64,000 nucleotides of DNA, from positions 62,001 through 126,000 of the forward strand of contig CP070758.1 of NCBI GenBank assembly GCA_020348925.1, written 5' to 3'. The notes below the pieces were generated by a model. It saw only the letters and a program-made list of their open reading frames with translations. It did no database searches and was not told the DNA's origin. Made by a program: the position numbers and the translations under genes. The first letter of the stretch is position 1; each line of letters starts with the position of its first letter. Below, piece by piece: positions 18,443 to 27,797 of the stretch. This DNA is from Gemmatimonadota bacterium. Lineage in GTDB: Bacteria > JBHIER01 > G020348925.

Positions 18443-20661
18443 TTTTCTCCCAGGATATGGTTGGTAGAGAAGGCAGGATTCAGGATCTTATTTACTATAC
18501 CAACCACGTCCAAGATATTAACCTCCCCGTCACTGTTGAAGTCTGATGCCCATAGCTCATATTCTGTCGGAGAGGGTGGAAGCTTTAAAATAATATGTAC
18601 TACTCTGAGGACATCGAGCACGTCCACATTGTCGTCTCTGTTGACATCACCTTTTGCACCGGGCGGAAGGGTCAAACTCCATACCCCTGCCTGGGTGCCC
18701 GCATGAAGAAGATAATTACCCTCCCGAACCAGCACCATGGTATGATCAAGTTGATACGAATGGTCAGCTTGTTTAAAAGGCAATTGTGGGTCCATCTCAG
18801 TCCACTTTGCGCCACCATTGGTGCTCTTAAAAATACCTTGCCGGCCCGTCTGGGTATAAAGGATATCAGGATTTGATGGATCAATACGTATCGATAGAAT
18901 GCCATCGGTGAGGGATGGAAGTCCCTCATTTATAGAAGACCATGTGGATCCTGCATTATCACTCTTAAGAATATGCTTAGCCGAACCCGTGGATCCTACG
19001 TACAATATGCTACTATTCGCAGGGTTGATAGTAAGGGTGGTTATAAGCTCGGGAAGTATGCATCCCCAATTCAAGCCAGAATCATAAGTCTTGGCCAAAC
19101 CGGGGGTGAACGTATGTGGTTGGATGTAAGCATAAATTACGGCTGTATTCGTAGAATCTACAGTGATCCAGGTAACTAATCCCCGCAGCAATTCGTCCCA
19201 GGATTCACCACCGTTGGTGCTTTTATACAAAGCACCTCCTTCCGTACCACCAGTCCCTAAGTAAAGCACATTTGTCGAATCAGGATTTATCGCTATTGAA
19301 TAGGGAGCCTCCCAAGCCAAACTCAGGCCGCTATCGATTTCTGTCCAGGAGTGACCATGATCGATGCTCTTTTGCACGCCGGATCCGGTCATATATATAA
19401 TATTGGTACGTAGCGGATCAATCTCAATAGATGATATCCATCCCCTCTTGAGTCCCGTCTCCAGCCAGATTTCACCACCATCCAAACTTCGAAAGAGACC
19501 TTCGCGTTTGCTACCGGCATAAAGGATGGTCTCATCCTGAGGGTCTTTGGTTAAAGCCGTAATCATGGGATACCCCATCTCAACTTTGGACCAGGTGAAC
19601 CCTCCGTCCACACTTTTTAATAATCCCCCTGTGTGCAATCCTGCATATACAGTACTCGGATTCAGTGGATCAATGCAGAGAGAATTTACGTCATTGGTGT
19701 ATTCTAAATCTTCGCTATTGACGTACACCTCCTCCCAAGTCCACCCGGTATCGGAACTCCTCAGAATTTCTCTGCCCGTACCGGCAAACAATATGTCGCT
19801 ATCGGAAGGATCGATACATATGGATTCAATCGAAGAGTTCAAAATCTGTGAGCTGTAAATCGTAGCCCAGGAAACTCCGCCATCGGTACTTCTAACTATC
19901 AAACCCTCAGCCATTCCAACGCAGCCACCGACATAAAGAGTGCCAGTGTGATTGAGATCTATAGTCTTAGGCCAATATAATTGAGGAATATAAATCGCAT
20001 CTGACCACGTAGAGCCAGCGTCTATCGTCTTAAAAATCGGTCCCCCTTCTATCAACACATAGACTACATCTGGACCAGTGGGATCCATTGCCATATCCCT
20101 AATGAGACCGAATAGCCCTATGGAGTCAGTAGCCGCTTCCCAGCTCTGTCCGCCATTTATCGTCTTGTAAACTACATCGTTGCTACCGGCAACGTAAATA
20201 ATATCAGGATCCAGCGGATTTATGATTATGGAATTTCCAACCTTGTCGTTGATCTTTGTCCAGGTCTCACCATAATCCGAAGACTTATATAACTCCTGCC
20301 AGTTGCCCGCATACACATTCCGGGGCTCCAGAGGATCGACCGCAACTGAAGTCACGCACTCAATCTGGCCAATCGTTACAGGGATACCTCTCAATCCACC
20401 CTCAATACTCTTGAACACGCCGCCATAAGCAGTTCCTGCATAGACTCTATCGCTTGACACCGGATCGACGGCCACAGACAGCACCTCCCCCCCATAAGGT
20501 CCGTGGCTTATCCACTGTTGATCTTGACTGGCTAAGGATGAAGATTCCAAGTTAGAATAAGTAATTATCGTAGCGATTGATAAAAATATATTCATAGAAA
20601 CCATGGTAAATTTAACTTTGATGTTAATTCTTATTTTTTTCTCTTTTGGTATCATGACCAT
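18439..20661 (-). CDS. BNR/Asp-box (Ycf48/VPS10-like) beta-propeller protein with C-terminal dockerin
   Basis: Repeats 'DPxxPxxVYAG...KSxDGGxTW'; 'WISHGPYGG' start of the mature domain; GDVNRDDNVDVLDV...SDFNSDGEVNILDV. Start codon uncertain. Confidence 0.85.
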   Translation of the reverse strand: MVMIPKEKKIRINIKVKFTMVSMNIFLSIATIITYSNLESSSLASQDQQWISHGPYGGEVLSVAVDPVSSDRVYAGTAYGGVFKSIEGGLRGIPVTIGQIECVTSVAVDPLEPRNVYAGNWQELYKSSDYGETWTKINDKVGNSIIINPLDPDIIYVAGSNDVVYKTINGGQSWEAATDSIGLFGLIRDMAMDPTGPDVVYVLIEGGPIFKTIDAGSTWSDAIYIPQLYWPKTIDLNHTGTLYVGGCVGMAEGLIVRSTDGGVSWATIYSSQILNSSIESICIDPSDSDILFAGTGREILRSSDTGWTWEEVYVNSEDLEYTNDVNSLCIDPLNPSTVYAGLHTGGLLKSVDGGFTWSKVEMGYPMITALTKDPQDETILYAGSKREGLFRSLDGGEIWLETGLKRGWISSIEIDPLRTNIIYMTGSGVQKSIDHGHSWTEIDSGLSLAWEAPYSIAINPDSTNVLYLGTGGTEGGALYKSTNGGESWDELLRGLVTWITVDSTNTAVIYAYIQPHTFTPGLAKTYDSGLNWGCILPELITTLTINPANSSILYVGSTGSAKHILKSDNAGSTWSSINEGLPSLTDGILSIRIDPSNPDILYTQTGRQGIFKSTNGGAKWTEMDPQLPFKQADHSYQLDHTMVLVREGNYLLHAGTQAGVWSLTLPPGAKGDVNRDDNVDVLDVLRVVHIILKLPPSPTEYELWASDFNSDGEVNILDVVGIVNKILNPAFSTNHILGEK

Positions 20662-20835
20662 GGCCTGCCATTGGATGAGGTTCGATTTGAGTCTGAACAA
20701 ACACAACTGTAGAAAAGAGCATTAATAGAACAAGACTCCGACCATATATGTGATTTCGAGTTAGATCTGAAAGCGCTGAAACTCATATTAGGAGCAAATT
20801 AGATGAAACATCAATCTATCCGAAGAGTCTTGATT

Positions 20836-21025
20836 AGAACATAGCTCGCCTCGCTCGCAACGTTCCCAAGGGGCTTTCGCCCCTATGGCGAATTTCGATG
20901 CTCCGCCAGCTCACATCGAAATTCTGTACCCGTTGAGGTAAAGCACATCCTTTCCCCCAAAACCCCTGATACATCTCGAAAATCGTAGAATTTCCGAGAT
21001 GTTGAGTTACACTACATGTTAAAAA
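20836..21025. other. Multi-hairpin element inside the leader of 18439-20661 (possible degenerate attC or structured RNA)
   Basis: AGGGGC-TTTC-GCCCCT, GAATTTCGATG...CATCGAAATTC, ACATCTCG...CGAGATGT, bounded by AACAT...ATGTT(AAAA). Confidence 0.35.
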
Positions 21026-21065
21026 GTAAAATCAATAGGTAGATTTAAATGAGAAATAGTAAATT

Positions 21066-21270
21066 GACATTTCAGATCGCTCATCACCTCCAGTAAAAAG
21101 AAAAAGTGATGATTGCCACCCTCCAACTTTCGAAAGTTCAATATATCATACTTGTTCATTCTTGTCAAGCAAAATCATAACAAAAAATCTTGCAAGTCTA
21201 ATTTTTTTCATGTCCTTACAATTTTTGCATCGAACACGAAAATATTAAAAAGAATTGACAATTTTTTCGA
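21066..21270 (-). promoter_or_regulatory. Duplicated promoter + 5' leader, copy 2 (TTGACA-17-TATATT)
   Basis: -35 at 21163-21168 and -10 at 21140-21145; aligns with 12724-12930. Confidence 0.75.
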
Positions 21271-21510
21271 CGAAAGTTTTAATCGGAGAACGTTATTGAG
21301 AAAAGCTGTTTCTGATTGAAAAAACTCAGTTCGGAAATTTCGTTTTTGGTAATTTTTATATCTTTTGTGACTTGATGTTTTCGTGGCAAAATTGTATGAA
21401 TAATTCAGACTGGAAATGATAAAACGATTCTGCTGAACGTCAGAATCAGGAGGATATTCGTAAAAGTGCGGCACCCTGCGGTATTCAGAATTGAGTAGCC
21501 ATATTCCTCA

Positions 21511-22548
21511 CTACTCTTTCGCAATGATAACCAATCCCAGGTCTCGATCGACAAGGTAGACATAGTTGTCAGTGGCGAAGATACCTTGAGCATAGGGAGT
21601 TTCAACCCAGCCGGCGAGAGTCGGTTGACTTGGATTTGAAATGTCAAGAGCGACCATGCCTTCGTCCCGGTCCGCCATATACGCAATAGTATTGAAGACA
21701 CATACGTCAACTACTCTATCCACATCCTCATAACTTCCTACTATTTCCGCTTCTTCTGGGATTGATACATCAATAATCTGAATTCCTCTCTGATAGGCTG
21801 CCAGATATATATGATTGTCCCACAGCGAGAGGGCCCGCGCACCCCCCGGTGTGTCGACGGTTTTTATATGAGCGGCACTATCCGGCAGCGACAGATCAAT
21901 GATCTCCAGTCCGATGTGATCATTGGCCACATACGCAAATTCCTCGGAAGCAACCACGTCCAACGCATCGCCATAGGCAAAAGGAATCCTTTTGTAAAAA
22001 TTATAGAAGAACCAGTTCCAGTCACCGCCATCTCTCTCGTATCGATTGACCTTGAATCCCTCGTGCCTATCCGCCCCAAAAATAAAAAGAGTGTCTCCCT
22101 TATCAATTCCGAAGGTACCCTCAATATCACGATCAAAGGCAATATTCAGCAACTGCGGCTCATCAACAGTACTCACATCATAAATCAGTAATCCAATGTC
22201 ATAATCCGCGACCAGAGCAATGTTGTTCTCCTCTAAGATATGAACCGCCTCGACGTTCGTGGCTGACTGGTCATGACCTATGGTCGTCACAAAGGATGGA
22301 TCCTCGGGATCTGAAACGTCGAGCACCCATACACCAGCTTGGTCGTCAACAACGTAAGCATACGTATCGACGACATACACCTCGAGAGCATACCCCGGAG
22401 TCGCGAAGGTGCTGACAACGCGGTATGGATTCTCAGGTTGAAAAGGATCCTTCTGTTTCCCGCAGTTCGAAACAAGAATCAAAACAAGAGAGATCGTCGC
22501 AACGACGAAACGCGGCGCAATGTTTTTCATGGGCTGCTTGTTTTTCAT
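21511..22548 (-). CDS. LVIVD-repeat lipoprotein
   Basis: Lipobox-like LILVSNC followed by LVIVD repeats (TPGYALEVYV..., TPGGARAL...); no dockerin or CTD. Confidence 0.8.
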   Translation of the reverse strand: MKNKQPMKNIAPRFVVATISLVLILVSNCGKQKDPFQPENPYRVVSTFATPGYALEVYVVDTYAYVVDDQAGVWVLDVSDPEDPSFVTTIGHDQSATNVEAVHILEENNIALVADYDIGLLIYDVSTVDEPQLLNIAFDRDIEGTFGIDKGDTLFIFGADRHEGFKVNRYERDGGDWNWFFYNFYKRIPFAYGDALDVVASEEFAYVANDHIGLEIIDLSLPDSAAHIKTVDTPGGARALSLWDNHIYLAAYQRGIQIIDVSIPEEAEIVGSYEDVDRVVDVCVFNTIAYMADRDEGMVALDISNPSQPTLAGWVETPYAQGIFATDNYVYLVDRDLGLVIIAKE

Positions 22549-22582
22549 AGTGTCCTCAGTACATTCATTTCTCGAATATATT

Positions 22583-24049
22583 TCAATACGTCAATTCAAA
22601 CCCTACGGAAATGCGATTGCGATTATAGTTCTTCACCTCTGTGATTCGTTCTTTCTCTTTTGAGGAGACGTCCCTCCTCTGATATTCATATGTCCCGATG
22701 ATCGAAAGGCTGCGGAAGATCTCAACTTCTGTCATCAAGGAAAATCGGTGTATTGTATCTCGCCTTCCGGCATGAAACGGATCCTGTTCCAAGGATTTTT
22801 CGGTTGTGAAGTATCTTTTGTTCAGCCGGTATTGTAGCGTGACATTCGCAGGGAGTGAAACATAGTTTGAGATGCTGAACTCTATTCCTCCACGAAACTG
22901 ATCCTCGTCATACGATATGTCTGAATCGTCCGAGAGGTCTTTCGTTTCTCCCGGTTCATCATATCCCTTTGCCTCAGCCATTTTAAAGGCATACTCAAAA
23001 GTCGTCCGAACAATCGGATTGAACGTATGAACAATTTCAAAGCCAAAAGTGTTCGCTTTCGTATCGTATTCGGTAAAATATTGATTGTAATAGAGTATAT
23101 CACGTTCATAGTGTACGGACACCCGGGTGGCGTGGAACACTTCACGCCCAAGCTTTATTGAAAAAAGGTTTCTGGCAAAATCACACTCTCTATACTTCTC
23201 ACCGTCATCCGAACTCAGGGGGGAAACATCCTGATCCCAATACGGACGAATATGAAACTCTGGAATATGAAAGTAACCCAATTGCAGATAATTTTTCTTG
23301 AATGCTGTTGTTTTCAGAAAGGTAGAGAACGTCTGATAATTTCTATCGCCATTCTTTGTGAAAAGGTTGCACCTATAACTCAGACGAAGTCTCGATTGTA
23401 TATTCTGGGAAAACCGTCTTGTCACAAACACAGTCAGGGAAGGGGAAACAATCAGATCGTCATAGGTCTCCATGGAGAAACGCTCATCCTCTCTGTGATA
23501 GACAAAATTATCGATATCTCCCGGTGAGTAACGGTAAACGTTATCATCGTATGTATTGGTCAAGGATGTTTTCCAGTTCCAGCTCCACGGCTTGGTCAGA
23601 GTAATATGGGCCAGAACTCCCCTCCCTTCAGGCCTCTCCAGAAAAAAAGTATACGTGTGGATTCCCTTTGGCACGTCAAATGTTATTTTTTTCGGAAGAC
23701 CGGGTTGGAGCTCGGGAGATTTTTCTAATATTGCTTTCGACGATGGCCTGGCACTAAACAGAAAAACATCCTCTCGAGCGTTGTTTGTTACGACAGTAAT
23801 ATTATACGCCTCCGGCCCATCAAAGTCCTGGGGAAAGAGCCAACGTGTTATTACGGTCAATTCTCCAGGACCACTCACTTCCAATTCAAGGGGCGCTCTG
23901 TCGGAAAAAGAATAATAGTCGTATGGTTTCCCATGAATACTCACCTCAACCCGATCAAGATACATCTTCGGTATCAGGCTACCCCCCTGTGCCTTGGCAG
24001 CTAAGAATGTCATTACAATGATTGAAAAAAATATGTTCTTTTGAAACAC
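22583..24049 (-). CDS. Hypothetical outer-membrane beta-barrel protein with N-terminal beta-sandwich domain
   Basis: Signal peptide; N-domain YYSFSDRAPLELEVSGPGELTVITR; then 'TYDDNVYRY' and alternating amphipathic strands; ends RISVGFELTY (beta-signal-like). Confidence 0.7.
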   Translation of the reverse strand: MFQKNIFFSIIVMTFLAAKAQGGSLIPKMYLDRVEVSIHGKPYDYYSFSDRAPLELEVSGPGELTVITRWLFPQDFDGPEAYNITVVTNNAREDVFLFSARPSSKAILEKSPELQPGLPKKITFDVPKGIHTYTFFLERPEGRGVLAHITLTKPWSWNWKTSLTNTYDDNVYRYSPGDIDNFVYHREDERFSMETYDDLIVSPSLTVFVTRRFSQNIQSRLRLSYRCNLFTKNGDRNYQTFSTFLKTTAFKKNYLQLGYFHIPEFHIRPYWDQDVSPLSSDDGEKYRECDFARNLFSIKLGREVFHATRVSVHYERDILYYNQYFTEYDTKANTFGFEIVHTFNPIVRTTFEYAFKMAEAKGYDEPGETKDLSDDSDISYDEDQFRGGIEFSISNYVSLPANVTLQYRLNKRYFTTEKSLEQDPFHAGRRDTIHRFSLMTEVEIFRSLSIIGTYEYQRRDVSSKEKERITEVKNYNRNRISVGFELTY

Positions 24050-24097
24050 AAGAAATATTCCCTGAAAAGCTGGATCAGTAAGAACTCATCCCATGAA

Positions 24098-25009
24098 TCA
24101 TCTGACGTCTTCGGTAGGGATCTGAAACCGAAGACAAACACCCTGATACTGAGAATTCGGTAATTGAAACTCATACGTGTGCGAACCTTCCGGCACTTCG
24201 ATCTCAAATCTCTTTGCCGCACCAGGTATGATCGCCGACCTGTCCTCATAGGTCACCGTTGTTGACCGGACACTTTCAATATGTAGGGATTTCAATGGGT
24301 GGCCATCCTCCGCGACATTCAGGACGTACATTTGCTTTCCAACCATGCCGGGATCGTAATCCAGACGAGCCTGAACTTTCAATTGGGTCGGTCCGTTGAC
24401 CCACACACGAACTGCTTGTTCACGGGTCAGGAGATAATAGGTCCTCTCTCGGCTTTCGGACAGAAAGGCTGTCACAGTCTCCGCATATTCGTGCGGAGTG
24501 ATTTCAACCACATCGTCCAATTCATATATCCTGGCCTCGACCCGGTGTTTGGAATTCGCACCCAACCGCACCTGGAAAGTGTGGCGACCGGTATCGCTGA
24601 TTGTATGATCGAGTTTCAGTGCCTTTCCCAACGTGACATCCTTCAATTCTATATATGCTGCCTTTTTCGTTTTTGTCGCCCTGTGAAGAATTTTTTCCTT
24701 TTCCACGCCGTTCTCTGAGAGTATGACCTCGTATGATTGTTCGCCCTCCATCCCTGGAGTAAAACGCAAGCGGGAAAGCACTCTCACCTGAGTCGGCCCC
24801 GTGACCGTAAAGACGAGGGGCGTATCCGCATCGAAACCATAATAGACGAGCTCCGAGCCAAAAACCCTGAGTATAACACGCTCGATAAATCCCTCCGGAA
24901 CGAGCGCATCCCAATCAGGCACCTGTCCTTGACTGCTGCCGGAGCAGAAGACAACGCACACGGTTGTTATCGCAAGAAGTGAAATGAAACTTCGGCGTAT
25001 TGTATTCAT
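24098..25009 (-). CDS. Hypothetical exported protein with two tandem copies of an unknown domain
   Basis: Signal peptide; YYGFDADTPLVFTVTGPTQVRVLSR and YYLLTREQAVRVWVNGPTQLKVQAR. ATGA-coupled to pgsW. Confidence 0.75.
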   Translation of the reverse strand: MNTIRRSFISLLAITTVCVVFCSGSSQGQVPDWDALVPEGFIERVILRVFGSELVYYGFDADTPLVFTVTGPTQVRVLSRLRFTPGMEGEQSYEVILSENGVEKEKILHRATKTKKAAYIELKDVTLGKALKLDHTISDTGRHTFQVRLGANSKHRVEARIYELDDVVEITPHEYAETVTAFLSESRERTYYLLTREQAVRVWVNGPTQLKVQARLDYDPGMVGKQMYVLNVAEDGHPLKSLHIESVRSTTVTYEDRSAIIPGAAKRFEIEVPEGSHTYEFQLPNSQYQGVCLRFQIPTEDVR

Positions 25010-26121
25010 GGGGAAATCTCCTTACCCTCGGGTCGAATGAGGTAGTGTTTCATATCGAAGCGTATCGTGCAGAACATAATAATCGAATACAAAACAAGAA
25101 AAGCAATGGTTATCGGTACGCTGTAGACGGATTCGGAGAAGATCTTCCCCTCTCCAATTTCGGGGAGAGGTACCGGTTCAAGGGGCAGATCGAATCTCTC
25201 GGCGATCCGATCGATCTCGAGGAGGTGAATGATTGGCACACCCTGTTCGGCCATAAGAATCGTAACACCTTTTCGGGGGAACGCTCTCGTCCCCAAACGT
25301 CTCGTCAGTCCCGGCGGAATGAGCCTGGCATTCTGACTGCTCCCGAGACTGGCCAAACCGCCGCCGACATTGATAAAGACACCCATATGTCGATCAGCTC
25401 TGAGACTGTCATAGATGGCCATTCGTTGAAGGATGTTCTCCTCAAGCGAAGAACCCTCGATCAATCGTTGACCGTTTCTTTCCACTGCTTCGCGGATCAA
25501 CCCTCTTCCTCTCGGACTCAATCCGTTTCCCAGATCGGCCCCACCGCCCAAAGAGGCTGCCACGGATACGTGCTCGAAGACTCCCTTTCGATGCAACTCC
25601 GATTCCATGTCGAGCCAGGTGTACGTGGGATCTGTCGCACCCCATGAGGAAGCACCAACGGAAGTAATAACGATAGACTGCAGACCCAATGTTTCAATGG
25701 CGGCCAGAACAGCGATGTTCAATCCCGGTGAAGCCCCGGTGAGTGCCACACCGACGACACCACCTCTGCCGGTCTTGGCCTTTTTAAGAAGCTGAACGAC
25801 AACGGCCGCAAGATTTGGATTGGTTGCGGTCAACTTCATCCCCAAAGCAGCTCTGTCGGTGGTGATGAGGGTGTATTGCGGTCCGATCAGCCCTGTGTTA
25901 TTGGGATCATTGACCGGATCAATGGGCAGTCCTCTTGCAAGTCGGTTCTCCCTGATGACACCCTGTGCCCTCTGAGCCAATTCGGATGCTTCCATTTTGG
26001 CTGAAAAATAACGGGCCTTTCTCTCCACCTTGAAACGCTCAACACCAAGCGTACAAAGCAGTGCAAGAAGCCCTAATACGATCAATACCCGATTTGAGAC
26101 TCTACCAGAGCGCCACCTCAA
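25006..26121 (-). CDS. pgsW: Poly-gamma-glutamate system protein (PgsW-like)
   Basis: DPVNDPNNTGLIG...ITT, K.TATNPN, GASPGLNIAV, GASSWGATDP, INVGGG; follows pgsC. Confidence 0.8.
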   Translation of the reverse strand: MRWRSGRVSNRVLIVLGLLALLCTLGVERFKVERKARYFSAKMEASELAQRAQGVIRENRLARGLPIDPVNDPNNTGLIGPQYTLITTDRAALGMKLTATNPNLAAVVVQLLKKAKTGRGGVVGVALTGASPGLNIAVLAAIETLGLQSIVITSVGASSWGATDPTYTWLDMESELHRKGVFEHVSVAASLGGGADLGNGLSPRGRGLIREAVERNGQRLIEGSSLEENILQRMAIYDSLRADRHMGVFINVGGGLASLGSSQNARLIPPGLTRRLGTRAFPRKGVTILMAEQGVPIIHLLEIDRIAERFDLPLEPVPLPEIGEGKIFSESVYSVPITIAFLVLYSIIMFCTIRFDMKHYLIRPEGKEISP

Positions 26122-26563
26122 TCAATCCACCTCCGTGAATAAGAATCACCAGCAGCCGGACCAAAAAACCGGCCATAAACATTGTCGTAATTGTTTCGAG
26201 CACCCCCTGTCTCTCCATCCAGTTGGCAATAAGGCCGGGTATTATGTAGCCGATGGCTTGAAGAGCGTAAGCTTCCTCATTCATCCTGAGAAAGGGAAGC
26301 TGTCGGGAAACATATCCCAAAAGAAAACCGAAAAGGATGACCATCACGAGACGGCGTCGGCCGTAAATGATCATAAAATTCGACAGGAATCTTACAACGA
26401 GGAAAGCGCCGAGAGCGGCCAGGAGTGTCCCCAAAATACGCAAGGGTTGGTCCAAATAGAGAGCGATATATCCCGGGACGACCATCCCCCCGGCAGCCAG
26501 ACCGAGAATCTCAGAAAACACGAGGCTGATAACCAATCCAATGCCAATCGCTTCAGCAATCAT
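26102..26563 (-). CDS. pgsC: Poly-gamma-glutamate biosynthesis protein PgsC/CapC
   Basis: Small membrane protein with GLAAGGMVVPGYIAL, IYGRRR and IGYIIPGLIA. Confidence 0.92.
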   Translation of the reverse strand: MIAEAIGIGLVISLVFSEILGLAAGGMVVPGYIALYLDQPLRILGTLLAALGAFLVVRFLSNFMIIYGRRRLVMVILFGFLLGYVSRQLPFLRMNEEAYALQAIGYIIPGLIANWMERQGVLETITTMFMAGFLVRLLVILIHGGGLIEVALW

Positions 26564-27729
26564 GCCGCTGTCCCTTTGCTCTCAAAGAAAGAGGCGACCT
26601 GTTCACCCGCACCGACGATGTTGCCAATACCGACCACGAGGGATTTTTGTGGAGTGAGCTCCACAACCTTTTCGAAGATCCGTTCGGGAGACATCCCTGC
26701 CATATTTACAATTGTTCTCTTGTCGAGTCCCTCTTTTACAGCAATATGTTCGACAACAGGAGTCGCCGTCCCGATCAAAATACAATGATCGGCTTTAAGC
26801 TCATGGGCCACGAGCTTGCCAAATTCTTCGGTTCTGTCGAGCCGATCCTCTCGGTTATAAAAAATCGTGATAAGAGGTCTGTCTGCGTGCGACGAGATCC
26901 GCAACTGCTTCCAGATACTCACGGTCGACTCCGGATCGTTCGCCGCAAAAGCATTGATAAACTCGATCTCTTTGTTCGAAGAGCGTATTGTAAGTCGACG
27001 CAAGGCTCCGGGATCCGGTACGGCCTTCACCATACCCTGCAGGGCCGTCTCCCTGTCTATGCCGACAAATTCACAGACAGCCGATGCCAGGGCGACATTC
27101 TCCCTGTGTTCAATGTAGGTGAAACGGCTCATCACCTCTTCCGGAATACCGTCTCCACCGACAGCATGGACTTTCGCCTTCAGATCTTTGGCCTGTCTCA
27201 CAATGATCGGAAGCAGCTCTCTCTCGGCAGTGAAGACGATGCCCTTGCGAGGTATGGTAAGACTGAGGGCGAGGGCAACGTTCTCCAAGGTTGGCCCCAT
27301 CTCATCGAGATGATCTCCCCTCACATTCGTAATCACTCCCAGCGTGGCATGCACCATCATGCGCTCCGAAACGGATTGAAGTTCAGGCCGTATGGCCATG
27401 CACTCCAGAACAAGAGCCTGAGCATCATGCCTGTTCGCGATCCGAAAGATCTTGAGCTGTTCAATGACATTGGGTTTCCCGTGACGCACGACCGGCTCTT
27501 CCCCTCCGTCTTCATAGATGAGCCTTGCTCTTGTGCCGGTCGTCTTGGCCACCGTGCGTATGCCGCCCTCTCTCAGACCGGCGGCAATAAGACGCGTGAC
27601 GGACGATTTCCCACGTGTGCCGTTGACGTGTATCCGCATGGGTATAGATCTCACCTGGGTCACGTGACGGCGATACTCGACGAGACCGTAAACGATCAAA
27701 CAAAACACCAATAAAAGGATCATACGCAT
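26560..27729 (-). CDS. pgsB: Poly-gamma-glutamate synthase PgsB/CapB (Mur-ligase-like)
   Basis: N-terminal TM, HVNGTRGKSSVTRLIAAGL, KTTGT, ECMA, TNVRGDHLD, NAFAANDPEST. Confidence 0.93.
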   Translation of the reverse strand: MRMILLLVFCLIVYGLVEYRRHVTQVRSIPMRIHVNGTRGKSSVTRLIAAGLREGGIRTVAKTTGTRARLIYEDGGEEPVVRHGKPNVIEQLKIFRIANRHDAQALVLECMAIRPELQSVSERMMVHATLGVITNVRGDHLDEMGPTLENVALALSLTIPRKGIVFTAERELLPIIVRQAKDLKAKVHAVGGDGIPEEVMSRFTYIEHRENVALASAVCEFVGIDRETALQGMVKAVPDPGALRRLTIRSSNKEIEFINAFAANDPESTVSIWKQLRISSHADRPLITIFYNREDRLDRTEEFGKLVAHELKADHCILIGTATPVVEHIAVKEGLDKRTIVNMAGMSPERIFEKVVELTPQKSLVVGIGNIVGAGEQVASFFESKGTAA

Positions 27730-27797
27730 CGACTCTTCGGGCCCCTCGCACCGCTTTTGACAGAGAAATACATTTACAGAGGATGATTTGAAACCGC

